The notes beneath the pieces are model-generated. The model worked only from the letters and a program-made list of their open reading frames with translations, was not told the DNA's origin and ran no database searches. Position numbers and translations under genes: made by a program. This document shows, one piece after another, positions 61,821 through 64,000 of a DNA stretch of 64,000 nucleotides (positions are counted from its first letter, which is position 1; the number at the start of each line of letters is the position of its first letter). Source of the DNA: an uncultured Methanobrevibacter sp. GTDB lineage: Archaea; Methanobacteriota; Methanobacteria; Methanobacteriales; Methanobacteriaceae. The DNA lies in assembly GCA_902764015.1 (NCBI GenBank), contig CACWUH010000001.1, positions 9,883 to 73,882 on the forward strand, written 5' to 3'.

Positions 61821-62615
61821 ATGAAGAAGGCGGTAGTATTTGATAACTCAGGAACGCTGATTGAAAGGTTTAGGGTTATCAAGGATGTTATAAACGGAAA
61901 CATTTTTACTGACATCAACTCTTTGGATTTGATTGACCAGGCAGACAGCTTGGCCTTGGTGGTTCTTCAGTTCAACACGAACAGACTTCTGGAATTGGAT
62001 TCAGATACATTGATTTCAGATGTCATCAGGCAGTATAACATAGATTTTGACATTAGCTTTTCAACAGACCAGGTTTCAAAGGCCGATGTCAAGGAGATTC
62101 TTGACAATGAGACATCAGCCACAGTATCTGACATCACCGACGGATTTGACATTCTCAGAGAAAAGATTTCCCACATGGAGCTGTGCAACGGATCTGCCCT
62201 GATTGTCGACATGGACTTGGGCGTTGTGGCATATACCATAACTTCAGCCGGCAAGTTCTTCCCGAAAGTCTTTGAGACTGTTGAAACCCTGAAGTCCAGG
62301 GGAATTGAGATTTACATCGCTTCAGGCGACAGAAAGGGAGCAATCAACAGATTGGCAAACATGCTGGATGTTCCTGAGGACAACGCCTTTGGCACGGTTT
62401 CGACACGGGGAAAATGTGAAGTGGTTTCAATCCTTAAGGAAAGCGGATATAAGGTCATGATGGTCGGTGACGGCCTCAATGACATATTGGCTTTCAAGAA
62501 GGCTGATGTCAGTGTCCTGACCATCGAGCAGCAGGAAGAGGTCTCCCCTAAGATGATGGACAAGACTGACCACATAATAAGTGACATTTGGGAAGTTACG
62601 ATGATTGACTTCTGA
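61821..62615 (+). CDS. HAD-superfamily hydrolase (soluble P-type ATPase-like)
   Basis: FDNSGTL, ASGD, MVGDGLND motifs. Confidence 0.85.
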   Translation: MKKAVVFDNSGTLIERFRVIKDVINGNIFTDINSLDLIDQADSLALVVLQFNTNRLLELDSDTLISDVIRQYNIDFDISFSTDQVSKADVKEILDNETSATVSDITDGFDILREKISHMELCNGSALIVDMDLGVVAYTITSAGKFFPKVFETVETLKSRGIEIYIASGDRKGAINRLANMLDVPEDNAFGTVSTRGKCEVVSILKESGYKVMMVGDGLNDILAFKKADVSVLTIEQQEEVSPKMMDKTDHIISDIWEVTMIDF

Positions 62616-62687
62616 TTTATTTTTTTATAACTCATAACTTATAAGTTATAACTTATAACTAATAACCACTAAAAAAATAATAATAAG

Positions 62688-63401
62688 TTATAAGTTATCA
62701 ATTACCTCTTTGCTTTTAAGGACATTGTCGAAGTTGTTCAGCTCAATGATTGCAGTATCAATCCTTTTAAGCAGATTCAAATCCAAAGTGCCCTCGCCTA
62801 GGGTAATGTGTTGGTCCTTGACGCCGTCGTTATCGTTCAAATGGCAATAGCTGATGTTTTTAAGTGAAAGCATCTCTTCCAGGTTTCCGCAGGTGTTTCC
62901 GTGGCCGGTATCGATTGTCAGCGAACAACCGGTTTCCTGCTGTATCATTTCGATTTCCTCAACGGTGTTTGCCAAAAATTTTCCTCGAACAGGCATGTTT
63001 TCAACCGACACCTCAACATTTGTATTGTCGATTATCTCGCCGACGCTTTCAACTGCAAACTCAAGTGCTGCATTTCTCAGACGTGGCTCGTTTCGACCTA
63101 TTATGCCTGGATGAACTGTTATTGTCTTCGCACCAATCGTTTCCGCATACTGGCCGCATTGAATCATCTGGCGAACGCTTTCATTTCTTATCCCCCTGTT
63201 CAGGCTTGCGATATTGATGTCAACGGTTGCAGCATGAATCCTCACGTCAAGTCCGCAGTCCCTGTATTCCATGTTTTCGTTTTCAAAGAATGGGCCTTCC
63301 CCGAGAATTTCAATGATTTCAAAGCCATGCTGTTTTGCCAAATCGATTATGTAGCTGTTCGGCTGCATGAACAGAGCCAGTGTAGTAAACCCCAATTTCA
63401 T
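62688..63401 (-). CDS. Sugar-phosphate isomerase/AP-endonuclease-2 TIM-barrel protein
   Basis: HPG, VENMP, DTGH, HLNDN.G..DQH motifs. Confidence 0.85.
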   Translation of the reverse strand: MKLGFTTLALFMQPNSYIIDLAKQHGFEIIEILGEGPFFENENMEYRDCGLDVRIHAATVDINIASLNRGIRNESVRQMIQCGQYAETIGAKTITVHPGIIGRNEPRLRNAALEFAVESVGEIIDNTNVEVSVENMPVRGKFLANTVEEIEMIQQETGCSLTIDTGHGNTCGNLEEMLSLKNISYCHLNDNDGVKDQHITLGEGTLDLNLLKRIDTAIIELNNFDNVLKSKEVIDNL

Positions 63402-63468
63402 GTATATATATAAGTTTGACAAATATAATAAATGTTAACATATATCAAATTTTTACTTATGGTGAAAT

Positions 63469-63912
63469 ATGACAGAAAAAGATTTTGATGAAAGCCAAAA
63501 GAAGTTTATAAAACATTTTTCCAACGGTTTGACCCGCAACTTGATTTTGTGGATCATTTCCAAAGAAAAGATTCACGGCTACGCCATCATGAAGAAATTG
63601 GATGAATTTTTTGATTTTGGCGATGTCCCGTGCACCATCAAATACACATCAAGCAAGGTATATCCGATTTTGAGGAAAATGGAAGACAACGGCTTGATTG
63701 TCGGCGAATGGAAGATCAACGAAAACAATAAGAGGGTAAAATATTACTCAATCACCGATGAGGGTTTGTCAATACTGGACAATATCCGTCAGGTGATGAA
63801 CTCTATCGTAAATAATCCGGCATGGCTGATGTTTTATAAGGATATGGCAGGAGTTGAGATTAACCATGAACGCAATAGAAACGAAAAACCTAACGAAAAT
63901 TTACAACAATAA
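63469..63912 (+). CDS. PadR-family transcriptional regulator
   Basis: HGYAI, VYPILRKME..GLI, KYYSITDEG motifs. Confidence 0.9.
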   Translation: MTEKDFDESQKKFIKHFSNGLTRNLILWIISKEKIHGYAIMKKLDEFFDFGDVPCTIKYTSSKVYPILRKMEDNGLIVGEWKINENNKRVKYYSITDEGLSILDNIRQVMNSIVNNPAWLMFYKDMAGVEINHERNRNEKPNENLQQ

Positions 63913-64000
63913 CTTCATTGCCGTTAATTCTCTTGACTTGGATATTCCAAAGAAGAGCATTTTTGGAATGCTTGGTCCCAATGGTGCGGGAAAGACGACA
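63866..64000 (+). CDS. ABC transporter ATP-binding protein (partial, runs off window end)
   Basis: MNAIETKNLTKIY...LGPNGAGKTT (Walker A). Confidence 0.9.
   Translation, partial: MNAIETKNLTKIYNNNFIAVNSLDLDIPKKSIFGMLGPNGAGKTT

Noticed and set aside
62624-62700. (TTATAAC)-like short repeats between convergent genes
   Set aside because: Low-complexity AT-rich terminator region with no spacers; not a CRISPR array
63866-63912. 47-bp overlap of PadR with the ABC ATPase gene
   Set aside because: Likely ordinary run-on of the PadR tail; no evidence of recoding
1-64000. tRNA, rRNA, CRISPR array, integrase or intact IS element
   Set aside because: None recognised by eye; dedicated scans were not run

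Overview
Chromosomal window of a hydrogenotrophic methanogen of the Methanobacteriales, most consistent with Methanobrevibacter (archaeal histone, PolD DP1, Cdc6/Orc1, TfrA, methanogenesis marker 11, CfbA-type chelatases). It contains the probable replication origin (mini-ORB cluster TTACACTTGAAAT upstream of cdc6, ~48 kb). It also holds a surface-glycan/dTDP-rhamnose cluster, leuCDB-ribH, a glnA/archaeal GOGAT nitrogen cluster with an NrpR-type operator, and cobalamin/F430, purine, pyrimidine, His, thiamine and riboflavin genes. Several short AT-rich accessory insertions are interspersed. The most notable observations are: a complete bacterial-type FMN riboswitch aptamer before ribB; a structured intergenic transcript encoding a 21-aa hydrophobic peptide with a sequestered SD (type I toxin-like); an Rpn-like gene with an internal SD+ATG (possible intragenic antitoxin); a VIP2-like ADP-ribosyltransferase with a small acidic partner; and a KaiC-like/dikinase protein plus a circularly permuted FrhB inside the GOGAT operon. 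All calls come from reading the sequence; no searches were run.
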